64,000 nt of DNA from NCBI GenBank assembly GCA_045586065.1, contig JAZMZR010000019.1, forward strand, positions 26,337 through 90,336, read 5' to 3'. The DNA comes from Candidatus Limivicinus sp. (GTDB taxonomy: Bacteria > Bacillota > Clostridia > Oscillospirales > Oscillospiraceae). Below the pieces are notes generated by a model, which was given only the letters and a program-made list of their open reading frames with translations, searched no databases and was not told the origin of the DNA. Positions 1-10,787 of this stretch are shown here, piece after piece (within the stretch, counting starts at the first letter, position 1; each line of letters begins with the position of its first letter). The position numbers were made by a program, and so were the translations under genes.

Positions 1-40
1 TATCTGGAACTCAAGCCGAATTACTGATGCATGCAAAAAC

Positions 41-74
41 AAAAAGCTCTGCCTTGAAAGGCAGAGCTTTTTTG
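41..74. terminator. Intrinsic terminator hairpin downstream of ftsH
   Basis: The stem agctctgcc / ggcagagct has loop ttgaaa. An A-run lies on one side and a T-run on the other, so it can work on either strand. Confidence 0.7.
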
Positions 75-85
75 TTGGTCAGCTC

Positions 86-2140
86 TTATTCTTCTTTTCC
101 GTTCTCAGCCGTTTCCGTTTCCGCATTCCCGGCTTCTTCGGTCTCTGCGGCTGCCTCCCCGGCAGCTTCTTCAGGAGATGCTTCGCTTTCGGCTTTCGTG
201 TCCTCTGCATATCCGTCTGTCATGGAGATATGCTTTGCCGGGCGCTCGATGGACGGATCATTCCGTGCCTCTTTCACCTTTTTAGAGGATATCGGCATAA
301 ACTCTCCGTGCGTGAAGTAATAATCGAACTCCTCCGCATCCATGCTCTCATGCTCGAGCAGGTATTCCGCAACGGCTTTGAGCTGCCCGGAATGTGCGGT
401 AAGTATCTCCTCGCACTTCTTCTCCGCCTCGGTAAAGATCCGTTTGACCTCTTCGTCGATGATGGCGGCAGTCTCCTCGGAATAGCTCTTTGTGGTACCG
501 AAATCACGTCCGATGAAGATAGAGTGACCGGAGGTGTCATAGGAGATTGGGCCGAGCTTTTCGCTCATGCCGTATCGCATGACCATGTCTCTGGCGGTGG
601 AGCTTGCATGCTGGATATCTCCGGAAGCTCCGGTGGAAATGTCGTCAAGAAACAGTCTTTCCGAAACTCTCCCGCCCAGGGCCATAACGATGCTCTCGAA
701 CATCTGCGAACGGGAGGTGAAATTCTCTGCATCCTCGTCAGGACGCATCAGGGTAAAGCCGCCTGCCATTCCACGAGGGATGATGGTGATGTAATGCACA
801 GGGTCCACATGCTCAAGGAATCTCGCGGCAACGGCATGGCCTGCCTCATGGTACGCGGTGAGTTTTCTTGCTTTCTCGCTCACCTTGCGGCTCTTCTTCT
901 CCGGGCCCATCTGGACCTTTAAGATAGCCTCGTCTATATCGTCCATGGAGACGAATCTGTGCTTCCGGCGGACGGCAAGGAGCGCCGCCTCATTCATGAG
1001 GTTCTCAAGATCGGCTCCGGAAAATCCGGCAGTGCCTTTGGCAATGCTGTTGAGGTCAACATCTTCGGCAAGATGCTTGTCTCTCGAATGGATCTTCAGG
1101 ATCTCCTCTCTGCCGCGTATATCCGGCAGTCCGACATAGACCTGACGGTCGAATCTTCCCGGTCTGAGGAGAGCGTTGTCGAGGATATCGGCCCTGTTCG
1201 TGGCCGCCATGACAATGACGCCCTCGTTGTTGCCGAATCCGTCCATTTCAACGAGCAGCTGGTTCAGCGTCTGCTCGCGCTCATCGTGGCCGCCGCCGAG
1301 GCCGCTGCCTCTCTGCCGGCCCACCGCATCGATCTCATCTATGAATATGATCGACGGAGCAACTTTCTTCGCCTGATCGAACAGGTCGCGCACACGGCCT
1401 GCTCCGACGCCGACATACAGCTCAACGAAGTCCGAGCCTGAGATCGAGAGGAACTGCACGTTTGCCTCACCGGCAACGGCTTTGGCAAGCAGGGTCTTAC
1501 CGGTTCCCGGAGGACCTACGAGCAGAACGCCCTTGGGTATCCTGGCGCCCATATCGGTGAAGGACTTGGGATTCTTGAGGAAGTCGACGATCTCCGCCAG
1601 TTCTTCCTTTTCCTCATCGCAGCCCGCCACATCGGCAAAGGTCTTTTTGTTCTTCTCTTCACTTCCGAGCCTTGTTCTGGCGCGGCTGAACTTGGCGATC
1701 CCGCCCGCTCCGCCGCCCTGACGGTTCATAAGGGCAAACCACAGGACCATCAGGCCGATAAGGATAAGATACGGCACAAAGCTGACCCACCACGGCAGCG
1801 TGAAGCCTTCGGTGTAGTCATATTCCGTTATGATCCCGGCCTCGTACTGCTCACGGATAAGCTCATGGAAATCCTCGTAAAACACCGAGAAGCTGTACAG
1901 GCTGTATGTTTTTGACTCCAAAGGCTCTTCCGGATTCCCGGTCCTGACCTTCAGCGTGATGCTCTCGCCTTCCGTGACAAAAGACTCTACCTTCTCCCCG
2001 GTGAACAGGTCAACAAGGTCGGAATACTTGAGCGACTCGCTCACGCTGTCTCTTGTCATGGTCGCAATAACGGCCACGATTATCAGCAGAAGCAGGACAT
2101 AAAAGCCTATGTCTCTGACCCGGTTTCTTTTTGGCTTCAA
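86..2140 (-). CDS. ftsH: ATP-dependent zinc metalloprotease FtsH
   Basis: 684 aa with an N-terminal TM pair. Motifs present: Walker A GPPGTGKT, Walker B IIFIDEID, and zinc site HEAGH. TTG start with a GAGGTG SD. Confidence 0.97.
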   Translation of the reverse strand: MKPKRNRVRDIGFYVLLLLIIVAVIATMTRDSVSESLKYSDLVDLFTGEKVESFVTEGESITLKVRTGNPEEPLESKTYSLYSFSVFYEDFHELIREQYEAGIITEYDYTEGFTLPWWVSFVPYLILIGLMVLWFALMNRQGGGAGGIAKFSRARTRLGSEEKNKKTFADVAGCDEEKEELAEIVDFLKNPKSFTDMGARIPKGVLLVGPPGTGKTLLAKAVAGEANVQFLSISGSDFVELYVGVGAGRVRDLFDQAKKVAPSIIFIDEIDAVGRQRGSGLGGGHDEREQTLNQLLVEMDGFGNNEGVIVMAATNRADILDNALLRPGRFDRQVYVGLPDIRGREEILKIHSRDKHLAEDVDLNSIAKGTAGFSGADLENLMNEAALLAVRRKHRFVSMDDIDEAILKVQMGPEKKSRKVSEKARKLTAYHEAGHAVAARFLEHVDPVHYITIIPRGMAGGFTLMRPDEDAENFTSRSQMFESIVMALGGRVSERLFLDDISTGASGDIQHASSTARDMVMRYGMSEKLGPISYDTSGHSIFIGRDFGTTKSYSEETAAIIDEEVKRIFTEAEKKCEEILTAHSGQLKAVAEYLLEHESMDAEEFDYYFTHGEFMPISSKKVKEARNDPSIERPAKHISMTDGYAEDTKAESEASPEEAAGEAAAETEEAGNAETETAENGKEE

Positions 2141-2152
2141 GCAGGGATCACC

Positions 2153-2686
2153 TCACTTATATACTTCTGGTTTCAGAATGCCCACATAGGGCAGGTTGCG
2201 GTATTTCTCATTGTAGTCGAGGCCGTAGCCCACCACGAAAGCATCCGGGACCTCAAAGCAGGAGTAGTCGGCATAGACATCGGCTTTCCTGCGGGAGGGT
2301 TTGTCCATCAGCGTGACGATCCTGATCGACGCAGGCTCTCTGACCATAAGATAGTGCTTCAGATAGTTCAGCGTTATGCCTGAGTCGAGGATGTCTTCCA
2401 CGATTATGACATCCTTTCCGCAGATGTCCTCACTGAGGTCCTTGTTGATCTTGACCGCTCCCGTCGTTTTCGTGCCGCTGTAGGAGGACACCGCCATGAA
2501 ATCCATGGAGCAGTTTATACTCACGCTTCTCACAAGGTCTGACATGAAAATGAAGCAGCCCTTGAGCACACCTACAAAGATCGGCGTCTTTCCCTGATAA
2601 TCCGCGGAGATCTTCGCGCCTATCTCCTTGACCTTGGCCTGAAGCTCTTCCTCGCTGATAAGAACGCTCTGAATGTCTTTTTCCAT
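2153..2686 (-). CDS. hpt: Hypoxanthine phosphoribosyltransferase
   Basis: 177 aa with PRPP-binding motif VIIVEDILDSGITL. It sits in the conserved Firmicute tilS-hpt-ftsH position. Confidence 0.93.
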   Translation of the reverse strand: MEKDIQSVLISEEELQAKVKEIGAKISADYQGKTPIFVGVLKGCFIFMSDLVRSVSINCSMDFMAVSSYSGTKTTGAVKINKDLSEDICGKDVIIVEDILDSGITLNYLKHYLMVREPASIRIVTLMDKPSRRKADVYADYSCFEVPDAFVVGYGLDYNEKYRNLPYVGILKPEVYK

Positions 2687-2697
2687 TTTTTCCTCTT

Positions 2698-3669
2698 TTA
2701 TTCGGACTGTTTTTTCTTTTTATTCTTGGGGACGGGAGGGTCTGTGAAAAAGATCCTTCCATTCTGTCTTCTTATTCTTGCACCGGGAACATCAATGTAT
2801 GCCAGTTCCGTCCCCAGCGCGAGCTTCATGATGTCGTTCGTGTGCACCGCGCTGATGCTCTGCGGACACAGTCTGCGTATCACTCTCGCTTCCACCGCAT
2901 CGGGCAGGGCGGCCAGGTCCTTTGATCGGACGCTTTCCCCGTTGAACTGGCTGGCGATGAACTTCTCCGCCATCTCTTCGAGAACGCGGTTATCCTCTCT
3001 CAGCGTATCGCCCATCCGGAGGATGGCCTTTGCGACCGAGGGGTTGATCTCCCGGAGGACCGGCATTACCTGAAGCCGGATCTTATTCCGGCTGTACTGC
3101 TGTGAACGGTTGCTGCTGTCTTCTATATGGGAGATCCCGTTTTCTTCGAGATATCTCTCGATCTCGCTCCGCGTTGTCTCAAGGAACGGTCTCACGATGA
3201 TGCCCCTTACCGGAGGGATTCCGCACAGGCCGGCAGCTCCGCTTCCTCTTGCAAGATTGAACAGCACCGTCTCCGCGTTGTCGTCGGCGTTGTGCGCCGT
3301 GGCGATCCTTGTAAATCCGTGCTCCCGGGCTGTCGCTTCGAGAAACGCATATCGGAGTTCTCTCGCGGCCTCTTCAAGGCCCAGCGCTTTCTCTGCGGCG
3401 TATTCCGGGACGCTGCAGTGTCCGGCATAGAGCGTAATGCCCATCCCGGCGCAGGCTTCTTCAACGAAGCGCATATCCCTCAGCGATTCCTCTCCGCGGA
3501 TCCCGTGCTCGAAGTGGGCGGCGGCCATGCTTATTCCCAGTGCTTCGGCATTGCTGTGCAGCCAGTGGAGCAGGCACATGGAATCCGCTCCGCCGGAGAC
3601 CGCACAGAGGACCCTGCTCCCCGCCGGGAGCATATTATAACGGGAAACGAGTTCAGTAATCGTCTTCAT
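2698..3669 (-). CDS. tilS: tRNA(Ile)-lysidine synthetase
   Basis: 323 aa with PP-loop SGGADS near the N-terminus. The start overlaps the dnaB stop by 17 nt. Confidence 0.9.
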   Translation of the reverse strand: MKTITELVSRYNMLPAGSRVLCAVSGGADSMCLLHWLHSNAEALGISMAAAHFEHGIRGEESLRDMRFVEEACAGMGITLYAGHCSVPEYAAEKALGLEEAARELRYAFLEATAREHGFTRIATAHNADDNAETVLFNLARGSGAAGLCGIPPVRGIIVRPFLETTRSEIERYLEENGISHIEDSSNRSQQYSRNKIRLQVMPVLREINPSVAKAILRMGDTLREDNRVLEEMAEKFIASQFNGESVRSKDLAALPDAVEARVIRRLCPQSISAVHTNDIMKLALGTELAYIDVPGARIRRQNGRIFFTDPPVPKNKKKKQSE

Positions 3670-4999
3670 GCACTGTATCTCTGGAGCCGAAGGAAGTATA
3701 CTCCGGGATCCAGTTCAGTTCGACGGTATCCGTTCTGCCTTTCCTGTTTTTCAGGACGATGGCCTCGGCAAGATTCGGATCTTCCGCTTCCTTGTCGTGA
3801 TACCCCTGTCTGTACAGGCCGATAACGACGTCCGCATCCTGCTCGATCGCACCGGATTCTCTCAGGTCAGAGAGGACCGGCCTCTTATCCTGTCTGCCCT
3901 CACTGGCACGGGACAGCTGCGAAAGGCAGATGACCGGGACATTCAGTTCCTTGGCCATGATCTTCATCATACGGCTTATATCGCTCACCGCCTGGGTCCT
4001 GCTCTCGTTCGACCAGGATTTCCCGCTTCCGGAGGAGCTCATGAGCTGAAGGTAATCGATCACTACAAGATCCACTTTACTGAGGCGTCTGCACTGCGCG
4101 CTGATATCCGCGACGGTGATCGCAGAGTTGTCATCGATACGGATATCGGTCTCGCTCAGAGCCTGGGCGGCGGTGGTGATATCCTTCCACTGCTGTTCCG
4201 AAAGGTGGCCGGTCAGAAGGTTCTTTGAAGGCACCAGTGCCGCCCTCGAGAGAAGTCTCGTTACAAGCTGCTCTCTTGACATTTCCAGTGAAAAGATCGC
4301 CACGGTCTTTTTTTCGTTCATCGCGGCATGGAGAGCGATGTTCAGAGCAATACTCGTCTTGCCCATACCGGGACGGGCGGCTATGATAATAAGCTCGCCC
4401 TTGTTCAGTCCGAGCGTCACATTGTCCAGATCCGGCAAGCCGGTCGGAATGCCGGGAATGCTGCTCCCGGATTCGGCGGCGTCGTTGAGCTGCTGGAAAA
4501 CCGTCTGTACCACAGAGGATACGGGTTGCAGATGGCCGATATTTCTTCCGCTCCTGAGCGCATAGATCTGTCTCTCTGCCGCTTCGAGAACGCTGTCCGC
4601 CTCACCGGAACCCTCATACACCATCTCGCTGATGCTGTCCGCCGCTTCCCCGAGCCTGCGGAGCAGCGCTCTGTCCTTCACGATCGAAGCGTATTCTCTG
4701 ACATTGGCCGAGGTGGGTGTCAGTTCCACGATCCCTTTTATATACTCTTCGGTATTGTCGTCAAAAACGCCTCTCACCTTCATGCGGTCGATGAGCGTCA
4801 CGGGATCGATGGTGAGGCCGTAAGTAAACATGGTATACAGGGTCTCAAATATATCCTTATTGATCTGCGAATAGAACTCATCCGCTTTCAGAACATCGAT
4901 CACATCGGGAATACATTCCGGATCGATGAGCATGGAGCCGATCACGGCCTGCTCTGCCCTTTCAGAACGCGGGACGCTTCTTCCGAGCAATTCATCCAT
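3653..4999 (-). CDS. dnaB: Replicative DNA helicase (DnaB family)
   Basis: 448 aa with Walker A ARPGMGKT, VVIDYLQLM and SQLSR motifs. It follows rplI, as is usual in Firmicutes. Confidence 0.95.
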   Translation of the reverse strand: MDELLGRSVPRSERAEQAVIGSMLIDPECIPDVIDVLKADEFYSQINKDIFETLYTMFTYGLTIDPVTLIDRMKVRGVFDDNTEEYIKGIVELTPTSANVREYASIVKDRALLRRLGEAADSISEMVYEGSGEADSVLEAAERQIYALRSGRNIGHLQPVSSVVQTVFQQLNDAAESGSSIPGIPTGLPDLDNVTLGLNKGELIIIAARPGMGKTSIALNIALHAAMNEKKTVAIFSLEMSREQLVTRLLSRAALVPSKNLLTGHLSEQQWKDITTAAQALSETDIRIDDNSAITVADISAQCRRLSKVDLVVIDYLQLMSSSGSGKSWSNESRTQAVSDISRMMKIMAKELNVPVICLSQLSRASEGRQDKRPVLSDLRESGAIEQDADVVIGLYRQGYHDKEAEDPNLAEAIVLKNRKGRTDTVELNWIPEYTSFGSRDTVHEDDY

Positions 5000-5042
5000 A
5001 TTGTATTCCTCCTTCCCGAATTCTTAAATCATTCGTTTTAAA

Positions 5043-5489
5043 TCAGGCTTCCACTACCAGCAGGTTGACGTTGCCGCTCACCTCGTAGCCGAGCTTTGCC
5101 TTGACCGTATAGGCGCCGTATGTCTTTATCGGCTCGCTCTGAACAATCTTGTTCTTTTCGATCTCTATGCCGTACTGCTCCTTGAGCGCGGAGGCTATCT
5201 CTGCGGAAGTGACTGCTCCGAAGAGCTTTCCGGAACCGCCGGATCTGGCGCGGATGATCACCTGAACGCCTTCGAGCTTCTTGGCATTTGCCTCAGCCTC
5301 GGCTTTTTCCTTGGCCGCTTTCGCGGCAGCCGCCTTCTCCTTGATCTTGAGCGCGTTCAGGTTATCGGCGGTCGCCTGTGTGGCAAGGTTGCGGGGCAAC
5401 AGATAATTGCGGGCGTATCCGTCGGAAACCTCCTTCATCTCGCCCTTCTTCCCCTGTCCTTTTACATCCTGCAAAAAAATAACTTTCAT
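5043..5489 (-). CDS. rplI: 50S ribosomal protein L9
   Basis: 148 aa with the typical L9 N-terminus [17 protein letters not shown]. Confidence 0.95.
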   Translation of the reverse strand: MKVIFLQDVKGQGKKGEMKEVSDGYARNYLLPRNLATQATADNLNALKIKEKAAAAKAAKEKAEAEANAKKLEGVQVIIRARSGGSGKLFGAVTSAEIASALKEQYGIEIEKNKIVQSEPIKTYGAYTVKAKLGYEVSGNVNLLVVEA

Positions 5490-5514
5490 ATCTGTTCCTC
5501 CGAAGCGTCAGAAA

Positions 5515-7506
5515 TCAATCGAAATACTCGTCTATCGCTGCCGTGACTTTCTGATAAAGCTCATCTATCTCTATCTTTTCGAACTGGGCCGCCGCAACAC
5601 TGCGGTTTCCGCCGCCGCCCAGCTTTTCCATCAGGATCTGGACATTGACCTCGCCGATGGATCTGGCCGAGACGAAAGCCCCGCCTTTCCCGTCCGGCGC
5701 CATGACGATCGATGCCTCGACCCCCTGTATATTCAGCAGCTCGTCCGCCGCCTGAGCCGCAACGATCCTCGTCTGGGGCTCTTCCGGAGAGGCTATGGCT
5801 ATGCCTCTGTAAAGCTTGGCGGAAGTCAGCACATTGTACCGTGCAACGGTGGTGTCCATATCGGACTGCAGGAGTTTTATGACTTCCGCTGTATCCGCTC
5901 CGGAACGGCGCAGATAGGCGGCCGCCTCGAATGTCCTCTCTCCGGTCCTGACAGAAAACCGCTTAGTGTCGAGCACCATGCCCGCGAGCATGGCCTCAGC
6001 CTCGCAGCGCCGGATATCCTCTTTCTCTATGAGCTCCTGCAGCAGTTCCGCAACGAGTTCGCAGGCGGAAGAAGCATATGGCTCGATAAAGCTCAACGTG
6101 GAGTTTTGTATATATGTCGCGGCGACCCTGTGATGATCGATCACCGCCACACGGGTGCACGCATCCAGCAGATCCGGATCTTCCACCTGCTCCGGCCTGT
6201 TGGTGTCCACCACCACCAGAAGTGTTCCGCTGTCCGCTTTCAGCATGGCGTCCTGCGGAGTGACGAAGCAGGAGGCGTATTCCTCGTCTTCTCTTTTGAG
6301 TCTTGCTATCAGTTCCTTGGAATAGTTGTTTTCCTGATCAATGACGATCCCTGCCTTAACGCCGAATTTGCGCGCAAGACAGACTATTCCCGCACATGCG
6401 CCGACTGCATCGAGATCGGCAAATTTATGGCCCATCACATAGACCTTTGAGGCATACCGGATGAGTTCGGCGAACGCATTCGCCATGACTCTGGATTTGA
6501 CCTTCGTCCTTCTTTCGACTTCGTTTCCGCGTCCGCCGAAGAACTCAAAGCCATGCCGGTTCTTTACAACGGTCTGGTCTCCGCCGCGGGAAAGCGCGAG
6601 TTCCGCGGCATTGCTTGCAAACTGGAGCGCCTCCGTGAAATCGGCGGCATCCTCTCCGAAGCCTACGCTTATCGTGGCGGCAATGCCTATCGGGTTCTCA
6701 ACCGCGTGGACATCCTCGACGATGCTGAATTTTCCCTCTCTCAGCACGTCCGTATACTTCTTTTCAAAAACGGCGATATATCTGTCTCTCTCATAGCGCC
6801 GGAGGATCGCACGGTTGTTGTCCGCCCACAGGTTCAGCTTGTCCTCAATGGCGTCTCGTATGTCATTCTTCGTGCGGTCCGGGTAATTCCGGATCAGTTC
6901 ATCCAGATTGTCTATGATGATGATCCCGACGACAGGGCGGGTCTCTTCATACAGGATCCGCATATCGTCATACTCGGTGACGTCGATCCAGTAGGTAATG
7001 CCCATGAAAGCTGCATCGGCCTCGTCATTGGCCGAGCGGATTATATTCCCGTGAAGCTGGTATTTTCGGCCGCCGAGCTCTATGAGAGAGCCGTAGCGCT
7101 TTTTCCCTTCAAGGAGCCATTTGCCGCTGAACTGCGGAACAAGATCCGTGATGGTGGCGTCGAGCCTGGTGCCCTTTGATCCGCACATATCGAAAAACAT
7201 CTCGTTTCCCCATATGATACGGGAGTCGTCAAGCCGGAACACCACGATAGGCAGCGGAAAACTCATAAGGGTGTTGCTTTTCGCATTGTCCGTCTCGTAG
7301 GTGATCGACTCTATGAATGCGGCGAGCTGTTTGCGTTTTCTGGCAGCCATGATCAGGGAGAAGATAACGAGAAAGACGATTATGCCGGCTTCGATATATG
7401 CAAGCTCATGCATTCCGAAGAACCAGGTCGCTACAGCAAAGGCGATAAGAAAGAAAAAGTGGATCAGAACGCCGGATTCGGCAAACCTTTTCAGTTTCTT
7501 ATTCAC
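5515..7506 (-). CDS. gdpP: GdpP-like DHH/DHHA1 phosphodiesterase (cyclic-di-AMP phosphodiesterase family)
   Basis: Two N-terminal TM helices, a PAS/degenerate GGDEF-like middle, DHH motif (VIDHHR) and a GGGGN DHHA1 motif. GTG 7506 is preceded by GGGGGG. The ORF could extend to TTG 7521. Confidence 0.85.
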   Translation of the reverse strand: MNKKLKRFAESGVLIHFFFLIAFAVATWFFGMHELAYIEAGIIVFLVIFSLIMAARKRKQLAAFIESITYETDNAKSNTLMSFPLPIVVFRLDDSRIIWGNEMFFDMCGSKGTRLDATITDLVPQFSGKWLLEGKKRYGSLIELGGRKYQLHGNIIRSANDEADAAFMGITYWIDVTEYDDMRILYEETRPVVGIIIIDNLDELIRNYPDRTKNDIRDAIEDKLNLWADNNRAILRRYERDRYIAVFEKKYTDVLREGKFSIVEDVHAVENPIGIAATISVGFGEDAADFTEALQFASNAAELALSRGGDQTVVKNRHGFEFFGGRGNEVERRTKVKSRVMANAFAELIRYASKVYVMGHKFADLDAVGACAGIVCLARKFGVKAGIVIDQENNYSKELIARLKREDEEYASCFVTPQDAMLKADSGTLLVVVDTNRPEQVEDPDLLDACTRVAVIDHHRVAATYIQNSTLSFIEPYASSACELVAELLQELIEKEDIRRCEAEAMLAGMVLDTKRFSVRTGERTFEAAAYLRRSGADTAEVIKLLQSDMDTTVARYNVLTSAKLYRGIAIASPEEPQTRIVAAQAADELLNIQGVEASIVMAPDGKGGAFVSARSIGEVNVQILMEKLGGGGNRSVAAAQFEKIEIDELYQKVTAAIDEYFD

Positions 7507-7555
7507 GTTTTCGCCCCCCAAGACATACTTTCCGTTTTACACAATACGGTAAAGT

Positions 7556-7584
7556 ATTATATCAAATCCCTACCCCCTTTACAA
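7556..7584 (-). promoter_or_regulatory. Putative sigma-A promoter of gdpP-rplI-dnaB
   Basis: On the minus strand: TTGTAA, 17 nt, TATAAT, with a TG extended -10. The -35 overlaps the -35 of the divergent plus-strand promoter. Confidence 0.5.
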
Positions 7585-7605
7585 TGAATTTTTTTTGAAT
7601 ATAAT
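7578..7605 (+). promoter_or_regulatory. Putative sigma-A promoter of the LUD/cupin/GHMP-kinase genes
   Basis: TTTACA, 16 nt, TATAAT, about 50 nt upstream of the TTG start at 7655. Confidence 0.5.
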
Positions 7606-7654
7606 GAAACCATGCTTGAAAAACCGACATTTTAAGACAAGGAGGATATACGCT

Positions 7655-8245
7655 TTGGACATTGAAAAAACCATCAGAAACCTCAAGCTCAGGCATTTCA
7701 AAGTCAGCCACTTCTCCACCGGGGAAGAAGCTGTAAAGCACCTCTCCGAGCAGATCAGCGGAACCACAGTCGGCATCGGCGGCAGCAAAACCGTGGCGGA
7801 TCTCGGCCTCTATGAGGTTCTGGCCGAAAACAACGAAGTATTCTGGCACTGGAAGACCCCCGGAACGGATACCCTCAAAAAGGCTAACGCAGCGGATGTG
7901 TATATCACCGGTGCGAATGCCGTTTCAGAGACCGGCGAGATCCTGAACATCGACGGCAGAGGCAACAGGCTTGCCGGACAGGTCTTCGGTGAAAAACGGG
8001 TCTTCATCCTTGTGGGCAGGAACAAGATCTGCCCCGATTTTGAATCCGCGCTCTACCGCGCCAGAAACACGGCGGCAATAGAAAACGGCAAGCGCTTTCC
8101 GTACAAAAACCCCTGCCAGGTTGACGGCAAGTGCCATGACTGCCGCTCTGAGCACCGCATCTGCAACGCTCTGCTGGTACTCTGGGGCCCGATGATGGAG
8201 ATGACGACGGAAGTCGTGCTGATCGACGAAGATCTCGGAATGTGA
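7655..8245 (+). CDS. LUD (lactate-utilisation, DUF162) domain protein
   Basis: 196 aa from TTG 7655, with AAGGAGG 8 nt upstream. The GIGGSKT ... ITGANAVSETGEILNIDGRGNR pattern is typical of LUD/YkgG-like proteins. Confidence 0.7.
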   Translation: MDIEKTIRNLKLRHFKVSHFSTGEEAVKHLSEQISGTTVGIGGSKTVADLGLYEVLAENNEVFWHWKTPGTDTLKKANAADVYITGANAVSETGEILNIDGRGNRLAGQVFGEKRVFILVGRNKICPDFESALYRARNTAAIENGKRFPYKNPCQVDGKCHDCRSEHRICNALLVLWGPMMEMTTEVVLIDEDLGM

Positions 8246-8260
8246 AAAGGAGACAGGAAC

Positions 8261-8608
8261 ATGATTAAAAGAGCTGCTGACAGAATCAAAGACCGGAAGA
8301 AAATGTTCAACGGCGCTGGAGAGGCTAGGATGCTCCATATTCTTGAGGCCGGGGAGGAGATGTACAACAAGGGAAGAGTCTTCAACCACCTTTTCCTTGA
8401 TCCCGGCTGCGAGATCGGCTGGCACATTCACCACGGCGACGGCGAGACCTATTACATTCTCAAGGGCGAGGGTGAATACAGCGATAACGGAAATATCGTC
8501 ACCCTGCATCCGGGAGACATCGCTTTTGTAGATGACGGCGAAGGCCACAGTCTGGTCAACAAAGGCACCGAGACTCTTGAGGCCATCGCGCTGATACTGT
8601 ATAAATAA
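8261..8608 (+). CDS. Cupin domain protein
   Basis: 115 aa with two cupin motifs, GWHIHHGDGETYYIL and GDIAFVDDGEGHSLVN. Good SD. Confidence 0.7.
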   Translation: MIKRAADRIKDRKKMFNGAGEARMLHILEAGEEMYNKGRVFNHLFLDPGCEIGWHIHHGDGETYYILKGEGEYSDNGNIVTLHPGDIAFVDDGEGHSLVNKGTETLEAIALILYK

Positions 8609-8631
8609 TCATTTTTCGGAGAGCTGCATAC

Positions 8632-9711
8632 ATGAGCATGACCATCTTTACCCCCGGAAGAACAGAGCTGTCAGGGAATCATACCGACCATCAGCAGGGC
8701 CGCATCCTCGCATCCGCAGTTGACCTGGGACTTACAGCCATTGTCGGTGAAGGCAGCGGCAGAACCGCAAGGATCGAGTCGGAGGGCTTTGCGCCGTTTG
8801 AGGCGGACATTGAAACTCTCGAGGTGATCCCCGAAGACTATGGCACATCCAGAGCTCTTATGCGCGGAATGCTCGCCTGTTTCAAGGAAAACGGACTGGC
8901 GATCGGTCCTTTTTCCGCAAAGGTCACGAGTACGCTTCCCTCGGGCTCCGGGCTCTCTTCCTCCGCCGCCTTTTCCGTCATGGTGGGAAGGATCCTCAAC
9001 GAACTGTATAACGGGGGTAAGGCCGATCCGGTGTTCATCGCAAAAGCGGCCCAGTTTGCCGAGAACAAATACTTCGGGAAGCCCTGCGGCCTGATGGACC
9101 AGCTTGCCTGCTCCCTCGGCCATGCCGTGTATGTGGACTTCCGGACCATGGAGATCGATCCGATCCTGGCCGACTTCGGGGCCATGGGACTCACCCTGTG
9201 CCTGGCGAACACCGGCGGAAGCCACGCCGGTCTTGACGATGCCTATGCCTCCATCCGCATCGAGATGGACGGCATCGCCGCCTCTTTCGGTCAGAAAGTG
9301 CTCCGCGACGTGGATCCCGCCGAGTTTGAAGCCAAAGGCTGGAGCCTGACGGAACGTCCGGTCCGGAGGGCAAAGCACTTCTTCGAGGAGAATGCGCGTG
9401 TGCCTCTGATGCGGGACGCTCTCAGAGCCGGCAACGGCGAGGAGTACATGAGGCTGATGAACGCCTCCGGAAGATCCTCCGAAAACCTTCTGAACAACAT
9501 CGTCGCCGAAGGCGCCGGAGACACGAAGCTCGCCGAAGGCCTTGCGCTGAGCGCGAAGCTGCTCGAAGGAAAAGGCGCATGGCGTGTCCACGGCGGCGGC
9601 TTTGCCGGCTGCGTGCAGGCTCTGATGCCGTCTGATCTCTTCCCCTCGTATAAAACCGAGATGGAAAAGGTCTTCGGCCCCGGCAGCTGCCGTGAACTGA
9701 AACTGGCCTGA
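8632..9711 (+). CDS. Galactokinase-family GHMP kinase
   Basis: 359 aa with PGRTELSGNHTDH (galactokinase signature-like) and GHMP ATP motif PSGSGLSSSAA. Confidence 0.75.
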   Translation: MSMTIFTPGRTELSGNHTDHQQGRILASAVDLGLTAIVGEGSGRTARIESEGFAPFEADIETLEVIPEDYGTSRALMRGMLACFKENGLAIGPFSAKVTSTLPSGSGLSSSAAFSVMVGRILNELYNGGKADPVFIAKAAQFAENKYFGKPCGLMDQLACSLGHAVYVDFRTMEIDPILADFGAMGLTLCLANTGGSHAGLDDAYASIRIEMDGIAASFGQKVLRDVDPAEFEAKGWSLTERPVRRAKHFFEENARVPLMRDALRAGNGEEYMRLMNASGRSSENLLNNIVAEGAGDTKLAEGLALSAKLLEGKGAWRVHGGGFAGCVQALMPSDLFPSYKTEMEKVFGPGSCRELKLA

Positions 9712-9730
9712 TCATTCATATACATATAGC

Positions 9731-9766
9731 AAAAAGGAAGCTGTGCAAAACACAGCTTCCTTTTTT
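9731..9766. terminator. Bidirectional intrinsic terminator between the GHMP kinase gene and tsf
   Basis: The stem ggaagctgtg / cacagcttcc is flanked by an A5 run and a T6 run. Confidence 0.8.
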
Positions 9767-9788
9767 GTTTATTCCGTTCAGCTCGGAA

Positions 9789-10721
9789 TTACTTGCCGGC
9801 GTTCATCTGCGCTGCGACTTCAGCGGCAAAATCTTCCTCTTTCTTCTCAATGCCTTCGCCCTTGATGAAGTGGACGGCATCGACGAATTTTACGCTTCCG
9901 CCGAGCTTCTTGGCGGCGTCTGCAATGTAGCCCTCAACGGAGCCGGAGAACAGATCGGAGCGGACGAAATCCTGCTGGAGCAGGCAGCTCTCTTTGTAGA
10001 AAGCGTTCATCTTGCCGGCTGCGATCTTCTCCTTGATGGCGGCGGGCTTTGCTGCCATCTTCGGATCGTTGTCCATGAGAGCGACCTGGACCTGGAGCTC
10101 ATGATCGAGATCTTCCTGCGGAACGAGGGACTTGTCCCAGTACTTGGGATTCATCGCGGCGATCTGCATGGCAACGTTCTTGCCGATCTCGGTGGCGTCG
10201 ATATCACCCTCAACGGCAAGGTTGACGAGAACGCCGTGGGTGCCGCCCATGTGCACATAGGCAACGTTGGTCGGGTTGCCGAATCTCTTGAAGCGGCGGA
10301 TCTGGAGATTTTCACCGATGGACATGACCTTCTCGGGGAGGGTCTCGGCGACGGTGAGCTCAGAGCCGGGGTACTTGCAGTTGAGCAGAGCCTCAACATC
10401 CGCGGGATCGTTATTCAGGACCACCTTGCAGACGTCCTTTACGAATGCCTTGAAGAGATCGCTCTTCGCGCAGAAGTCGGTCTCGCAGTTAACTTCGACG
10501 ACGGCGCCGACACCGCACTCGGGGCATACGCGTGCATATGCCATGCCTTCGGCGGCGATGCGTCCGGCCTTCTTTGCGGCCTTTGCAAGGCCCTTCTCGC
10601 GCAGCCAGTCGACTGCCTTGTCCATATCTCCGTCGGTGGCCTGGAGTGCCTTCTTGCAGTCCATCATGCCGACATTCGTCATCTCACGGAGTGTTTTAAC
10701 ATCCTGAGCTGTAAAAGCCAT
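9789..10721 (-). CDS. tsf: Elongation factor Ts
   Basis: 310 aa with the N-terminal UBA-like segment TAQDVKTLREMTNVGMMDCKKAL. It follows rpsB. Confidence 0.97.
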   Translation of the reverse strand: MAFTAQDVKTLREMTNVGMMDCKKALQATDGDMDKAVDWLREKGLAKAAKKAGRIAAEGMAYARVCPECGVGAVVEVNCETDFCAKSDLFKAFVKDVCKVVLNNDPADVEALLNCKYPGSELTVAETLPEKVMSIGENLQIRRFKRFGNPTNVAYVHMGGTHGVLVNLAVEGDIDATEIGKNVAMQIAAMNPKYWDKSLVPQEDLDHELQVQVALMDNDPKMAAKPAAIKEKIAAGKMNAFYKESCLLQQDFVRSDLFSGSVEGYIADAAKKLGGSVKFVDAVHFIKGEGIEKKEEDFAAEVAAQMNAGK

Positions 10722-10748
10722 TATCTTATCCTCCTTATTATACTCATT

Positions 10749-10778
10749 AAAAAAGGGGCTTGATTCAGGCCCCTTTTA
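10749..10778 (-). terminator. Weak hairpin between rpsB and tsf (possible attenuating terminator)
   Basis: The stem aggggc / gcccct has T-rich flanks on the minus strand. Confidence 0.4.
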
Positions 10779-10787
10779 TCGTTTATA

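Noticed and set aside
8632-9711. GHMP kinase as a truncated galactokinase pseudogene
   Set aside because: It has a good SD and start, both the galactokinase-like and GHMP ATP motifs are intact, and the frame is uninterrupted. A shorter N-terminus alone is not evidence of decay.
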